NCBI GenBank assembly: GCA_951406725.2
Contig: OX597818.1
Span: 92,628,001 to 92,692,000 of the forward strand
Origin: Octopus vulgaris
Taxonomy: Eukaryota
Reading direction: 5' to 3'
Length of the DNA: 64,000 nt
In this document: in pieces, positions 14,383-27,998 of the stretch
How positions within the stretch are numbered: position 1 is the first letter of the stretch
Layout of the letters: each line of letters begins with the position of its first letter
The notes under the pieces: generated by a model
The model's database searches: none
What the model was told of the DNA's origin: nothing
What the model saw: only the letters and a program-made list of their open reading frames with translations
Position numbers and translations under genes: made by a program

Positions 14383-14599
14383 ACAGACAGATAATTTGTT
14401 TTCAATCTTGAATTAATCTTCAAAACCTTATTAAAGAAAAACATTTAAGATTAATTAATTCCAAAAACTATTATACTGTAAAGATAAATAAATATTTTGT
14501 TGACACGTTTTTATACATACATACATACATACATACATTCATACATACATACATACATACATTCATACATACATATATACATACATATATACATACATT

Positions 14600-14631
<32 letters not shown>

Positions 14632-14899
14632 CAGTCATACATACATACATACATTCATACATCCTATTGTTTTACGAGGTTTGACACTGATCGCATGTGT
14701 AATGACAATCTACCCATTTAGAATTGTTATGGTATAGAAATATCTGAAATTGATAACAGGCAACAATAAATATATATAAATTGTATACACTACTAGTTAT
14801 TATATATTTAGATATTCCATTGAATTGTTTTACGTACATATATTAGATTTAATAGTTAATAAAATAATTATAGAACGATTCTACATACATATTGTGAGT

Positions 14900-17105
14900 T
14901 CATATCTTTGAAATCGCATGGATACATACATACATACATACATTCATACATACATAGTTGAAAAAAGTACAGGACATACATTCATGAGACATCAACGGAC
15001 ATGCATACATAGGTACATACATACATTCAATCACGGTACATGGCAGTACTCCGGAAGAGGTTGCGGGTAGATCCGTAGGTCAGGATGAATGGTAACAATA
15101 ATCCGTAGGTGCATAAAATCCGGGAATTGAGTATCCATAGGTACATAGGGGTCATACATGCATAGGCATACGCAGTGGTATAATTTTAATCCAAACGGGA
15201 AACAAAAAAACAACAACAAGGGAACAATTACAGTATTATTATTAATAGGCGCTCAGGAAATAGACAGACAGGGAGGTATGACGTTTCAATCTTGGAGCTC
15301 TTCGTCGGAAACATAAAGATTAGGAAGAGAGAGGAAAGAAAGATCCCGGAGCGGGCAACGGAGATAGAGAAAAAAACGGCTGGTGTTAGCAGAAGCACAT
15401 GGTGAAAGGCGTGATGTTTACGATAACAAGAGCAAAGTGGGTTTTTAAAGGCAAAAGAGTGGAGACAAAGGTTGGTAACGCAACAGATGTGTGTGTATGT
15501 GTGAGTGTGTGCGTGTGCGTGTGTGTATGTGTGTGTGTGAGGCGAGGTGATAAACAACAAAAATATATGTATGTGTTAGTGTGTGCGTCTGTGTGTAGGC
15601 GTGTGAGGTGGGGCGAGACGGTGGTCAGTACATAGCAGCAGCATAGCAGACAAAGGTAATTATAGAACGATTCTACATACAGGAAGGAGGAAGGGAGGGA
15701 GGGGAAGGGGTGGGGGCGTATGTAGCGTGCCAGCGTGTGTTGAGTAGTAGTGTGTGTGTGTGTCCAGTGTCGTGGTAGTATTAGTGGCGAGTAGATTGAA
15801 TGTGTGTAAGAGTGAGGTATATGTTTAAGCAATGTGTGTATATGTGTGCGCGTGTGTGTAACGAAAAAAAAGGGGGGGTTTAGGAAAAGGACTCCAGCGG
15901 AGGGGAAGATGGAGGAGTGGTCCCGCGGAGACGGGCGTGGAAAACTCAACGACAAGCGACATCCTAGGAACGGGCGGGAGGTCTCGTCCGGATCCAAGGG
16001 CGAGGTGCATGCGGGCGCATGCGTGCGCATGAACCGGCGCAAACGCGTGTGTGCGCGAGCCTGCGAGTGTGCGCGTACGTATGTGTGCGTGTGGATGTGT
16101 GAGTGTGTCTGTGTGTATGTCTGGGTATGCAGTGTGTCCGATGAATGTATGTGAGTATGTGTGTATATATGTGTGTGCATAGATGTATGTCCGTGTGTGT
16201 GTGTGTGTGTGTTTGTGTGTATGAGTGTGTATGTATGTACGTGTGGGTGTGGGGAAGTGTGTGTATGTGCATGTGTGTGCGCGAACATACAGGTGTGTGA
16301 GTGAGTGCGTGTGTGTGTATGTATGTGTGAGTGTGTATGTATGTGTGTGTAGGATGCATGTATGTGTATGGGTGTATGTATGCAGTGTGTGTATGTGTAC
16401 GTGCGTGTTGTGTGTGTGTATGCGTGTAGTGTGTGCGCGTGTGTGCATGCGTGCATGTATGTGCGTATGTGTGTGTGTGTGCATGTGTGTGGGTATATAT
16501 GTGTGTGCGTATATGTGTGTGTATGTGCGTACATGTGTGTGTGTGTGCATGTGTGTGTGTAGGTGTGTAGGCGTGTGTGTATAGGTGTATGTATGTATGT
16601 ATGTATGGGTGTGTCCGTGTATGTGTGTATGTATGTGTGTGTATGTAGCTGTGTGGGCGTGTGTATATGTGTGTGTGTATGTAGGTGTGTAGGCGTGTGT
16701 ATATAGGTGTATGTATGTATGTCTGGGTGTGTCCGTGCATGTTTGTGTGTGTGTGTGTGTGCATGTGTATGTGGGTGTGTGTGTACGTGTGTAATGTATG
16801 TGTGTATGCGTGTGTATGCGTGCGTGTGTGTAGGTAGGTGCGTGTGTATGTGTGTGGGGTGTGTGGGTGTGTGTGCGTGTGCGTGTCTATGTTGGTGTGT
16901 GCGTATGTGAGTGTGAGTGTATGAGTGTTTGTCATGCATGTGTGTGCGCGTGCAGGTGAGTGTGTGTGTAAGTATGTGTGTGTGTATGTTTGTGTGAGTG
17001 TGTGTATGTGTGTATGTCTGTGTGTATGTATGTGCGTATAGGGAGTATGTAGTGTAGGTATGTGTGTGTGTGTGTATATGGGTGTATGTATGTGTGTGTG
17101 TGTGC

Positions 17106-17130
<25 letters not shown>
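14900..17130. other. Scrambled GT-rich low-complexity stretch, possibly unpolished long-read sequence
   Basis: Irregular (GT)/(GTAT) mixture with garbled copies of nearby sequence (taattatagaacgattctacatac at ~14864 and ~15657). Confidence 0.55.
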
Positions 17131-17148
<18 letters not shown>

Positions 17149-17993
17149 TACCTACATATATATGTATATATACATGCATATATGGGCACAGGATATAAAA
17201 CAAAACGTAGAACCCAATGAGAAACAAAAACATAAATACAAAAACATAGAAACGAACTTTTTTTAGAACAACGAAAAAACAGAGGAACGAGACATGCAAC
17301 ATAAAGAATATTCCCCTTCTTCAGTTGTCCTTGTTTCATCTACTCCGCGTTTATGAGGTCAAAGGACAATACGTGACTTCGTTGAAACAGTCCTTCTCGC
17401 AAAGCAAATTAAGTAAAATTTGGGATTTTTTGCGGAGGGTGAAAGTGGTAACAAGAACAGGACAGTGAGAACAAAACAGTAAAAACCATCGGTGAGGGCT
17501 GTTAAGCCAAGACGATAGAAAAATTATTATGAACGCTAGGAAGACGAGCTTATTAGAGGAGACAGGTATAAACACGTTTTGTCTTTAGGGAGATAGTGGG
17601 CAGAAAGACAGATTCTCTTTCGTCACATGTCAGCGACAAGAGAGTCGGGGAGGAGGAGTGAGAGAGGGGGAACGGTGAAGAGGAGGGAGAAGAATAGGAA
17701 GAGTGAGAGAAAATCAGAAAGGATGAAGAACAAGAGAGGGAGATAGATAGACAGAGTAGAGGTAGTAGGATAGAGAAGAGTGCGCATCGTAATTATTAAG
17801 ATAAAACTTACTTGGAAAAGGATGCGTGGCGTTTGATCATATAACAATATAACTAATATATAAATATATGCATATATACATACATGTATGTACATACCTA
17901 CATATATATGTATATATACATACATATATGGGTATAGCATAAGGAAAAAAAGTCAAGGTAGAAAATGTTAAAATAATTTTTATCATAAAAAAC

Positions 17994-18038
17994 AGTTTAG
18001 TACCGGTTTCAGTCATTGAGACTTTTTCAACTCTAACT
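17994..18038 (-). ncRNA. Minimal hammerhead-like motif, U3-A8 core variant
   Basis: Minus strand: AG-UUGAAAA-AGUC UCAAU GACU-GAA-ACCGGU-A^-CU; 4-bp stem II, palindromic stem III, weak stem I. Confidence 0.5.
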
Positions 18039-18145
18039 ATGGAAAACAATTAAATTTTGGAAAAATTTAATGCGAAGTTTTTAAAAGTATATTTGCTTAG
18101 TATTCAAATACAAGGGGCATTTCCTTGTTTCTGCTTGTCACTGCT

Positions 18146-18223
<78 letters not shown>

Positions 18224-19064
18224 TACCTACATATATATGTATAATATACATGCATATATGGGCACAGGATATAAAACAAAACGTAGAACCCAATGAGAAA
18301 CAAAAACATAAATACAAAAACATAGAAACGAACTTTTTTTAGAACAACGAAAAAACAGAGGAACGAGACATGCAACATAAAGAATATTCCCCTTCTTCAG
18401 TTGTCCTTGTTTCATCTACTCCGCGTTTATGAGGTCAAGGACAATACGTGACTTCGTTGAAACAGTCCTTCTCGCAAAGCAAATTAAGTAAAATTTGGGA
18501 TTTTTTGCGGAGGGTGAAAGTGGTAACAAGAACAGGACAGTGAGAACAAAACAGTAAAAACCATCGGTGAGGGCTGTTAAGCCAAGACGATAGAAAAATT
18601 ATTATGAACGCTAGGAAGACGAGCTTATTAGAGGAGACAGGTATAAACACGTTTTGTCTTTAGGGAGATAGTGGGCAGAAAGACAGATTCTCTTTCGTCA
18701 CATGTCAGCGACAAGAGAGTCGGGGAGGAGGAGTGAGAGAGGGGGAACGGTGAAGAGGAGAGGAGAAGAATAGGGAAGAGTGGAGAGAAAATCAGAAAGG
18801 ATGAAGAACAAGAGAGGGAGATAGATAGACAGAGTAGAGGTAGTAGGATAGAAGAGTGCGCATCGTAATTATTAAGATAAAACTTACTTGGAAAAGGATG
18901 CGTGGCGTTTGATCATATAACAATATAACTAATATATAAATATATGCATATATACATACATGTATGTACATACCTACATATATATGTATATATACATACA
19001 TATATGGGTATATAAGGAAAAAAGTCAAGGTAGAAAATGTTAAAATAATTTTATCATAAAAAAC

Positions 19065-19109
19065 AGTTTAGTACCGGTTTCAGTCATTGAGACTTTTTCA
19101 ACTCTAACT
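19065..19109 (-). ncRNA. Minimal hammerhead-like motif, U3-A8 core variant (duplicate)
   Basis: Identical to 17994-18038 within the tandem duplication. Confidence 0.5.
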
Positions 19110-19470
19110 ATGGAAAACAATTAAATTTTGGAAAAATTTAATGCGAAGTTTTTAAAAGTATATTTGCTTAGTATTCAAATACAAGGGGCATTTTCCTTGT
19201 TTCTGCTTGTCACTGTCTCTCTTGTTTACTCTTGTGGGTTCGCGGTCGTTGTGAATTCTTGGCAGACAAGAAGAAGAAGAAGAAGAACAAGAAGAACAAG
19301 AACAAGAAAAAGAAGAAGAAGAAGAAGAAGAAGAAGAAGAATGCGGGGGTGGTATGATTGTAGTAGGATGTTAAATGGTCAAGTGCCCTGAAAGTGACTT
19401 GCTGTGGGTGGTAGTAGTGATTGAATTCTTGATATATATATACATATATATGTGTGTGTGTGTGTGTATG

Positions 19471-19520
<50 letters not shown>

Positions 19521-20691
19521 TGTATGTATGTATGTATGTATGTATGTATGTATGTATGTATGCATGTATGTATACAGACACACACACGCACACGAAGTTA
19601 ATTGTCACATCAATGCGGCTGTTCCATGTTACTACTAGTTTAACCCCCGGTATATCTTCCACCAGCTATTTATCAGTGCAGCACTGCAACTTTTACATAT
19701 ATATGCCAGCAGGGGAGCGAACCCCTACCATCGTCCAGCAGACGACATGATTGTGAAACCGATTCAGCTTCGAGATAGTTTTCTCATCCTCAGTCACGAA
19801 CACCAGATCGCCAGAGAGATGGCCAGAGTCCCTCAAGCTCGCAATATATTGTAAACAAAGCGACCATCGGTCACTGATTTGCAACAATAGCGCAACCAAC
19901 ACATCAATTCAACCATATATTTACAAACACCGAGAACTCTCTTAACTCAAAAAGTCATGTCGCTTTTTTTAGTGAACGGCTTGAACTCCCTAAAGAACTT
20001 AAATAAAACTCAAAGAAAATATACATAAAGAGAGAAAAAAATGGGAGGAGAGACAGAGACAGACAAAACTAATATTGTGTATCGTTTACAAAACAGGAAC
20101 TTTCTTTAACACTGCCTGATTCCAATATCCAACAATACTATAAAAAGAAAAGTTGTAAAAAGAAACATCGTCGATAATTTTGAGTTGATATTTCTCTGTT
20201 AGTGATATCCAAAATATTCTCTGTAGAGTGAGATCTGCTTTTCGACAAAATACGTCACTGACTTTGAAGGCCACGAGTATATGATATCGCATTTAAAATG
20301 GTGGAGTAGTCATGTTTTGTAAAACGCCAGCAACAACTTTAATTAACTTTTAGGAAACGATTTTAACAACGATACAGATTTATGGACGACATGAAAACTC
20401 ATCAGAGATTTGTCCCAACATATAAACAAAACACAATTTGAAACCTCAAATTTTCACAGAAGTTCTAGGCCCCGCAAATTTCTAATCTATGATGAGGAAC
20501 AAAATTCTATAACAGTGCTGACATTGAATTTCAAGCACTAGCCATGAGAACTTTTTGACACAAGATCCCTAATTTATGTATCTATACTCTAGCGTAATGA
20601 TTGCAGTTAGTGACTATCGCTTTGTATCACCTAGTCTCTGTCTCCCTATTCCAACATCACTATGGTTGTATAGCAATCAGTTTGTTTTTAT

Positions 20692-20747
<56 letters not shown>

Positions 20748-21577
20748 TAAGATTGTTCTGTATATCAAGTTTTGGTCTTGATATTAACTCTGACGCGCAC
20801 TCTTCACCTTTCTGTCCCATCCCTATTCTTTGATTTTCTTTTTCCTCTACTTAACTTGTCTCTTCCTCTCTCTCTCATTCTTCACTCTCTCTCTCCCCCT
20901 CATCATTCTTCATGGTTTCCTCGCAGCCATTCCCCTTCTTCTCTCCCTTCCTCTTGCTCCTCCTCCCCCCTTCCCGTCGTCCACCTGCGACGATACTTCC
21001 GCTCTGACTGTCTTTCTGGCCTGGCCTTTCAAGGTAACTGGACGACTTTCTTCCTGCTCCCCTGTCGTTCACAAAAAATTCTGCGTTTGCAATACTTTTT
21101 TCGTTCGGCGTCAACAGCCCTTCTTATCTTGTTTTTCCCTGTCCTGTCTTTTACTGTTTATTTTATTTTTACTGTTTATATTTTTGTACTGTCGTTACTG
21201 TCCTGTTTTTTTACCATTTTTTTACCATTTTTTACCCCTCTGCGAAAAGATCTCAGAATTTTAATTGATTTGCTTTTCGCAGGAAGGAAAGTTTCTTGTC
21301 AAAGATACGTCTCGCTTTTATCCTTCGAAACGTAGAGTAGATGAAACCATAGCGACTGAAGAAGGGGTTTTTCTTTGTGTTAATTGTCCTGTACTCCATT
21401 ATTTTGTTGTTTTTAAAAAAATGTCCAGTTCCTTTGGTTTGTGTCTATGTTTTCGTTTCTCTTTGTGTTCGACGTCCCTTAGGTGTCCTGTACTCATATA
21501 TGCGTGTATATGTACATGTAGAGGTAGGTACGTACATATATGTTTATATATATGCATATGTTTTATTTAATTTATTA

Positions 21578-21612
<35 letters not shown>

Positions 21613-21617
21613 TAGAG

Positions 21618-21667
<50 letters not shown>

Positions 21668-21719
21668 CATGGTGGTGCTCCAGCATGACCGCAGCTGCAT
21701 GGCTGAAACGAGTAAAAGA

Positions 21720-21773
<54 letters not shown>

Positions 21774-22053
21774 ACAATTGAGGGTAAAATTAATTAGTTA
21801 TTAATCAATTTCACCAAGTATTCAGTATGTAAAATGACCATTTAAGGCGAATTCAAAATATTACATTATATAATTAGGGCTTAGTAAAATAAATTACTTT
21901 GCCACATACTGAACTTTCTAGAAATAGCAGCCAAAAAGGTTTTTTAGCCATTTCCACTACTTAAAGAAAATTTCTCTCAGATAATGTTTACTCAAAATAA
22001 CTCACGAAGGTTTGGAGGTAAAAACAGAAAAATATCACAAGTACAAAGATTAT

Positions 22054-22114
22054 TTGAGAACGTTAACGTTTCTAGATTAGCCAAATAAACTCAGCATTTC
22101 TTTCGTCAGCTCAA
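22054..22114 (-). ncRNA. Type I hammerhead ribozyme
   Basis: Reverse complement of 23104-23164. Confidence 0.7.
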
Positions 22115-23103
22115 CATTTCTTATTTTGGATTTGGAAGCACTAAAAGAAAGAACATACCCTTTGGCGACTTATCACCTCAGATGACCCGTTCAGACTGCC
22201 AGTACCAACAAATTCAAAATGTGAAAGCGAAGATTCCCTGCTCTCCCCTTCCACCCACGTGGGTTATCTAGCAAACATTATATTTTAACGGTGAGAACCG
22301 AGGCAATACGACAGAGAGAAATGAATTATAATATCAACAATTGAGGGTAAAATTAATTAGTTATTAATCAATTTCACCAAGTATTCAGTATGTAAAATGA
22401 CCATTTAAGGCGAATTCAAAATATTACATTATATAATTAGGGCTTAGTAAAATAAATTACTTTACCACATACTGAACTTGCTAGAAATAGCAGCCAAAAA
22501 AAGAAAGGTTTTTTTTCCATTTCCACTACTTAAAGAAAATTTCTCTGACGAAAGAAATGCTGAGTTTATTTGGCTAATCTAGAAACGTTAACGTTCTCAA
22601 ATAATCTTTGTACTTGTGATATTTTTCTGTTTTTACCTCCATACCTTCATGAGTTATTTTGAGTAAACATTATCTGAGAGAAATTTTCTTTAAGTAGTGG
22701 AAATGGCTAAAAAACCTTTTTTGGCTGCTATTTCTAGAAAGTTCAGTATGTGGCAAAGTAATTTATTTTACTAAGCCCTAATTATATAATGTAATATTTT
22801 GAATTCGCCTTAAATGGTCTTTTACATACTGAATACTTGGTGAAATTGATTAATAACTAATTAATTTTACCCTCAATTGTTGATATTATAATTCATTTCT
22901 CTCTGTCATATTGCCTCGGTTCTCACCGTTAAAATATAATGTTTGCTAGATAACCCACGTGGGTGGAAGGGGAGAGCAGGGAATCTTCGCTTGCACATTT
23001 TGAATTTGTTGGTACTGGCAGTCTGAACGGGTCATCTGAGGTGATAAGTCGCCAAAGGGTATGTTCTTTCTTTTTAGTGCTTCCAAATCCAAAATAAGAA
23101 ATG

Positions 23104-23164
23104 TTGAGCTGACGAAAGAAATGCTGAGTTTATTTGGCTAATCTAGAAACGTTAACGTTCTCAA
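23104..23164 (+). ncRNA. Type I hammerhead ribozyme
   Basis: UUGAG-CUGACGA-A AGA[extended hairpin GCUGAGU/AUUUGGC]UCU A-GAA-ACGUUAACGU-U^-CUCAA: 5-bp stem I, self-complementary stem III, GUU triplet. Confidence 0.7.
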
Positions 23165-23363
23165 ATAATCTTTGTACTTGTGATATTTTTCTGTTTTTAC
23201 CTCCATACCTTCGTGAGTTATTTTGAGTAAACATTATCTGAGAGAAATTTTCTTTAAGTAGTGGAAATGGCTAAAAAACCTTTTTTGGCTGCTATTTCTA
23301 GAAAGTTCAGTATGTGGCAAAGTAATTTATTTTACTAAGCCTTAATTATATAATATATATATC

Positions 23364-23402
<39 letters not shown>

Positions 23403-23446
23403 TTATAGACACATACACACGCTGTAGTTCTATCGCCATTACCGCT

Positions 23447-23477
<31 letters not shown>

Positions 23478-23517
23478 CACTATGGTTATACAGTAAATAA
23501 CTATACATACATACATG

Positions 23518-23568
<51 letters not shown>

Positions 23569-24745
23569 TCAGGCAACATTTAATCTTTCATTTGTCATCA
23601 ATGAGAGGCCATTCACGTAAAGTGGCTTGAAATATTCATCAATTTAACACAACAAATTTCCTAGAACACAGTACGCTAACAATTTGCGTTGTCTGGTCAA
23701 TAAAACACAAGCAATTGAAGATTATATTGGTGATCATGGATCTCGGAGATCCATCACCCGTCGTTGGACGATGACGATTCAATTGTTCGATCAAGTGAAT
23801 TAAGGTATAAGTGGCTTGAGCATTCCACAGACATGTGTATCCTTAACGCAATTCTCTGACAGAATCAGCTTGATATAGTATGCGACAAGGTTGTACTTTT
23901 GAATTACAGGAACAATCTATCCAACGGGATTATATACAGTTGTTGTCAACTCAGCTTTACTCATAAGATATTGATAAATCCGAAGTCATAGAATATAACG
24001 CTTGATCAATATACTACGCAATGGAATCGAACCTAGGCCCTCGTGGTTGAGCAGCAGCATTGCTGGTTTTGCTGAGTATTACTCTAGATAGACGGAACTA
24101 TATTTATAAAATTGTTTCAAACGGATATTTCAAACCCGTAATGTAATCCTTAGTCTATTTTTTATTACATGTACGATCCCTCCAATAGGACTGCACACAA
24201 ATTGTGTTTACTAAATCTCATTCATAATCCTTTATAATAATAACAACAATAATAATAATTTCTAACTTGCCAATTGGTACAAGGTCAATAGATTTGTAAA
24301 GAAATGAAGGGAGTTGATTAAATTGCTCCCAGTGAAAGATGAAAGGCAACTTAATGCCAGCACCACCACCACGACCACTACCTCTCTATTGAATTTCAAT
24401 CTTCGGACCGACTTGATGCTATAACAGAAGACACTTACTCAAGATATATAAAACGATCACACATGATTACAAAGTGAGCTCCTTAGCTATTCAGTCATGC
24501 CTGCGCCCTAAACACCAAATACATAGATAATCAATCCAGATAAGAGCGACATTGGGTCATGCCGACGATCTTAGATAACGGTGAAGTGACGCTATACATG
24601 GCTCCCTATGGCGAGAAAATCTTTGCAGTGAATACAAAAAGAAAAATATTTAATTATGTATATTCTGTGCTTCTCTAATACGCTTCGATTCAAACATTTA
24701 AACTTTTAACCTGCTATGATTAATCTAGAAGTGATTACCTCCTTT

Positions 24746-24915
24746 CACTAGCCTAGCTAGAGTTTGTGCCGCCCGGGGCGGCCCTTCAGTTTGCCGCCCT
24801 TGGGATCCCACAAAAAAAAGCATTGCCGACAGCAGGCCCAAAAGTGGTGTCACCTCCATAAAAGTGCTGCGAGGAGCGAAATCGCCCCCATCCGCCCCCT
24901 CTAGCTACGCTAGTG
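24746..24915. mobile_element. hAT-like MITE (170 bp)
   Basis: TIRs cactagcctagctagag / ctctagctacgctagtg; 8-bp flanks cctccttt / tctccttt (7/8 match, TSD-like). Confidence 0.75.
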
Positions 24916-25082
24916 TCTCCTTTACAATAACTGCTGTCAAAGTACACGACGTACATTTATATTTAAACTTTGTCTTAGTATGCTAATTTCCTTCAATCAA
25001 ACCAAAGAACAAAAAGCTGTGAAACACCCAATAAACTCATATTACATGATTGTTGCTGATGACGTTAGCAGCTCCACTATTA

Positions 25083-25350
25083 AGGTGGCGAGCTGGCAGA
25101 AACATTAGCACGTCGGGCGAAATGCGTAGCTGTATTTCGTCTGCCGTTACATTCTGAGTTCAAATTCCGCTGAGGTCGACTTTGCCCTTCATCCTTTCGG
25201 GGTCGATAAATTAAGTACCAGTTACGCACTGGGATCGATATAATCGACTTAATCCGTCTATCTGTCTTTGTTTGTTCCCTGAGGTCGATGAAATCGACTA
25301 ATCCCCTCCCCAAAAAAATTTCAGGCCTCGTGCGTTTAGTAGAAAAGATT
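25083..25350 (+). mobile_element. tRNA-derived SINE (family 1, Meta-like central domain)
   Basis: ggcgagctggcagaa...gagttcaaattcc head followed by gtcgactttgcc(t)ttcatcctttcggggtcgataaattaagtaccag; many copies in the window. Confidence 0.85.
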
Positions 25351-25595
25351 ATTTGAAATGGAAGTACCATATAATTATATAGGAGTATCAAAGGAAATAG
25401 CGAAGGTCTGATCATTTCTCGGATCACTGTAACACCCCAGTAAATATCAACTAGATAATGTGGCATTTCTTGGATATGTGTTCATTTCCTGTCGGCGTAT
25501 CTAAAGATAAAACAAAAGTCTGAATATCTCTATGGGTTGCTTTAAACTGACCAGTCGGTATCAACTAGTTAGTTAATACATATTACGTAATATTC

Positions 25596-25990
25596 GTTTC
25601 TACTCTAGGCACAAGGCTCGAAATTTTTGGAGAGGGGGCAGTCGATTAGATTGACCCCAGTACGCTACTGGTACTTAATTTATGGACCTCAAAAGGATGA
25701 AAGACAAAGTCCACCTCGGCGGAATTTGAGCTCAAAACGTAAAAGCAGACGAAATACCTATTTCTTTACTACCCACAAGGAGCTAAACACAGAGAGGACA
25801 AACAAGGACAGACAAACGGATGAAGTCGATTATATCGACCACGGTGCGTAATTGGAGCTTTATTTATCGACCCCGAAAGGATGAAAGGCAAAGTCGACCT
25901 CGACGGAATTTGAACTTAGAACATAACGGCAGACGAAATACCGCTAAGCATTTCGCCCGGCGTGCTAACGATTCTGCCAGCTCGCCGCCT
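25596..25990 (-). mobile_element. SINE family 1, partially dimeric copy
   Basis: Reverse complement of the family 1 head at 25990 with an internal duplication of the central domain. Confidence 0.8.
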
Positions 25991-26360
25991 TACTTATTAT
26001 GTAATATTACAATATCTTAGACTGTGTCATATAAGTCAAGGACCAAAATCAACGGGTTGATTCGGGAATACTTATTTTAATCAGATTATCTGATAGGACG
26101 CCTTGCTTCTAACTACTATTATTACAAGATCACGGGTTAACAAGATACACACTCAAGTTGACAAAGTATTTAACCAGAGTTTAAGAAAGTTTAGGATATT
26201 TTTACAAAAACAAAAGTTTCCAGTAACTGGTTTACTGAATCAATTAAAAGAAGGGTTAAATGAATACAGGATTTGGTCGTTAAGAATACAAAAATATATC
26301 AGACAGCTACTGGCGAGATTCGCTGGGGAATTCAGTATTAGGGCCATAAGAGAGAAAATT

Positions 26361-26566
26361 TCGCCGGACGAAATGCGTAGCCATATTTCGTCTGCCGTTA
26401 CGTTCTGAGTTCAAATTCCGCCGAGGTCGACTTTGCCTTTCATCCTTTCGGGGTCGATAAATTAAGTACCAGTTACGCACTGGGGTCGATATAATCGACT
26501 TAATCCGTCTGTCTGTCTTTGTTTGTTCCCTCTATGTTTAGCCCCTTGTGGGCTATAAAGAAATAT
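26361..26566 (+). mobile_element. 5'-truncated SINE family 1 with 15-bp TSD
   Basis: ataagagagaaaatt at 26346-26360 and 26567-26581. Confidence 0.88.
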
Positions 26567-27388
26567 ATAAGAGAGAAAATTCGTAGAAAGGTTTAGAAAA
26601 GATTTTTAAGATAGCAAAATCACTATTTTAATGTCGAAACCACGCTGGTTAAGCTGCTTAATTAATAATGGCCAAATGAGGTTACCAAAAGTCATACGCT
26701 GAGTATGAAAAACAGTACCATCTGTCTTTCACAAACCGAATAGAAGCAATTGTGAATTTGGTTGATATAGTGGTGCGCCAACACGTATTATACTAGCAAA
26801 CCATACCAACAACCAATAGTGGAGTATCACACCAAATGGAAATTTGGAGCAACAGCAGCAACAACAACAACATCAGTAGCAACAGACGAAAGAGAAAAAT
26901 GTGATGTGGAAAAATTTAAGAACTTTGTTGATGGAAGCAAATACAATAATACTAGAAAGGTTCGGGAGGTTTGTATATGTTAATAAAATTAAATACTGTA
27001 AGACGATACAGAAGTCGTAAGCAGCAGTTGAAAAACATTATAATGTCGAGGGAATACTTTGAGGAATAAATCTTTAATTCCTGTTATTTAAATCTGCTTT
27101 GGGATTGGTATCCTATCAATGACTACATTAAAATAAAGTGTACAGTAGCTATTTGAGCTAAAATGAAAGCTATATATTTGCCACACTTGGCATTACAAAA
27201 ATGAGATTTGTGTTTGTTTCATTATTGTTGTTATTCCATTAGTGAGTGAAGTGACACACACAGCACCGGCAGCTGGAAAAGTGATATATCTTTCAAATCA
27301 AATAGCCCAACTACCCGCTGCGTAAAATACATATCCTTAAGATTTTTTTACACACATGACCAACATTTTTTATCAGTAAAAAGAAAAT

Positions 27389-27470
<82 letters not shown>

Positions 27471-27913
27471 TAACACACGCTGCCCCTATCCCAGCACATA
27501 TCCATACTCACCGAATTAATCATAATTATATCGTTGCTGTTTTTGTATATTTTACAATTGATTCTAATGATGGTGTTGTTGAATCTTTAATTCAACATCG
27601 TTCTAAAACACGAGACGCACACCGCTTCACCAGAATAAACAAAAGCATTTTCAAAAGTTTTTTTTTTTTATGATACCGTTATTATTGTTATTATTGTTAG
27701 ACTGCCTTCTTTCTCTTCGTCTTCTTTTCCTGCTTCTTTCTCTCATTCCTGTACTCTATCCTCTTTTAATAATTCATTGCCCTTTTTATTCTTCTTCTTC
27801 CTCGTTGTCTTTTTATCCTTATTCTATCATTATTTCTGGGGTCGATGTAATCGACTATCCCACTTCCCACAAATTTAGGGCCTTGTGCTTATATAAGAAA
27901 AGATTATCATAAC

Positions 27914-27998
<85 letters not shown>

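Larger units (their letters stand above)
17140..19212. repeat. Near-identical ~1.07-kb tandem duplication
   Basis: 17140-18145 vs 18215-19212 differ mainly by 1-3 nt indels. Confidence 0.9.
21769..23353. mobile_element. Non-coding Penelope/retrozyme-like element: ~563-bp monomer in partial tandem, duplicated in inverted orientation
   Basis: tcaacaattgagggtaaaa at 21771 and 22334; ctgacgaaagaaatgc at 22545 and 23109; orientation flips at 22544/22545; (TA)n on both flanks; one HHR per monomer. Confidence 0.8.

Noticed and set aside
12733-14416. 400-550 aa His/Thr/Tyr/Ile-rich ORFs
   Set aside because: Translation of a (CATA)n microsatellite, open in several frames; no coding signal
15386-17302. 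638-aa minus-strand ORF
   Set aside because: Low-complexity (CA)-rich and probably noisy sequence; no domain features
20227-20322. Possible terminal exon of paralogue A (SEICFSTKYVTDFEGHEYMISHL...)
   Set aside because: Phase 0, while the preceding exon ends in phase 1; no bridging exon found and similarity is only impressionistic
23665-23803. Another possible terminal exon (NLRCLVNKTQAIEDYIG...)
   Set aside because: Needs a phase-2 donor, has a weak acceptor and runs into SINE-derived sequence
26103-26408. 101-aa non-repetitive ORF
   Set aside because: No recognisable motif or splice context, and interrupted by a SINE with a TSD; probably old transposon or neutral DNA
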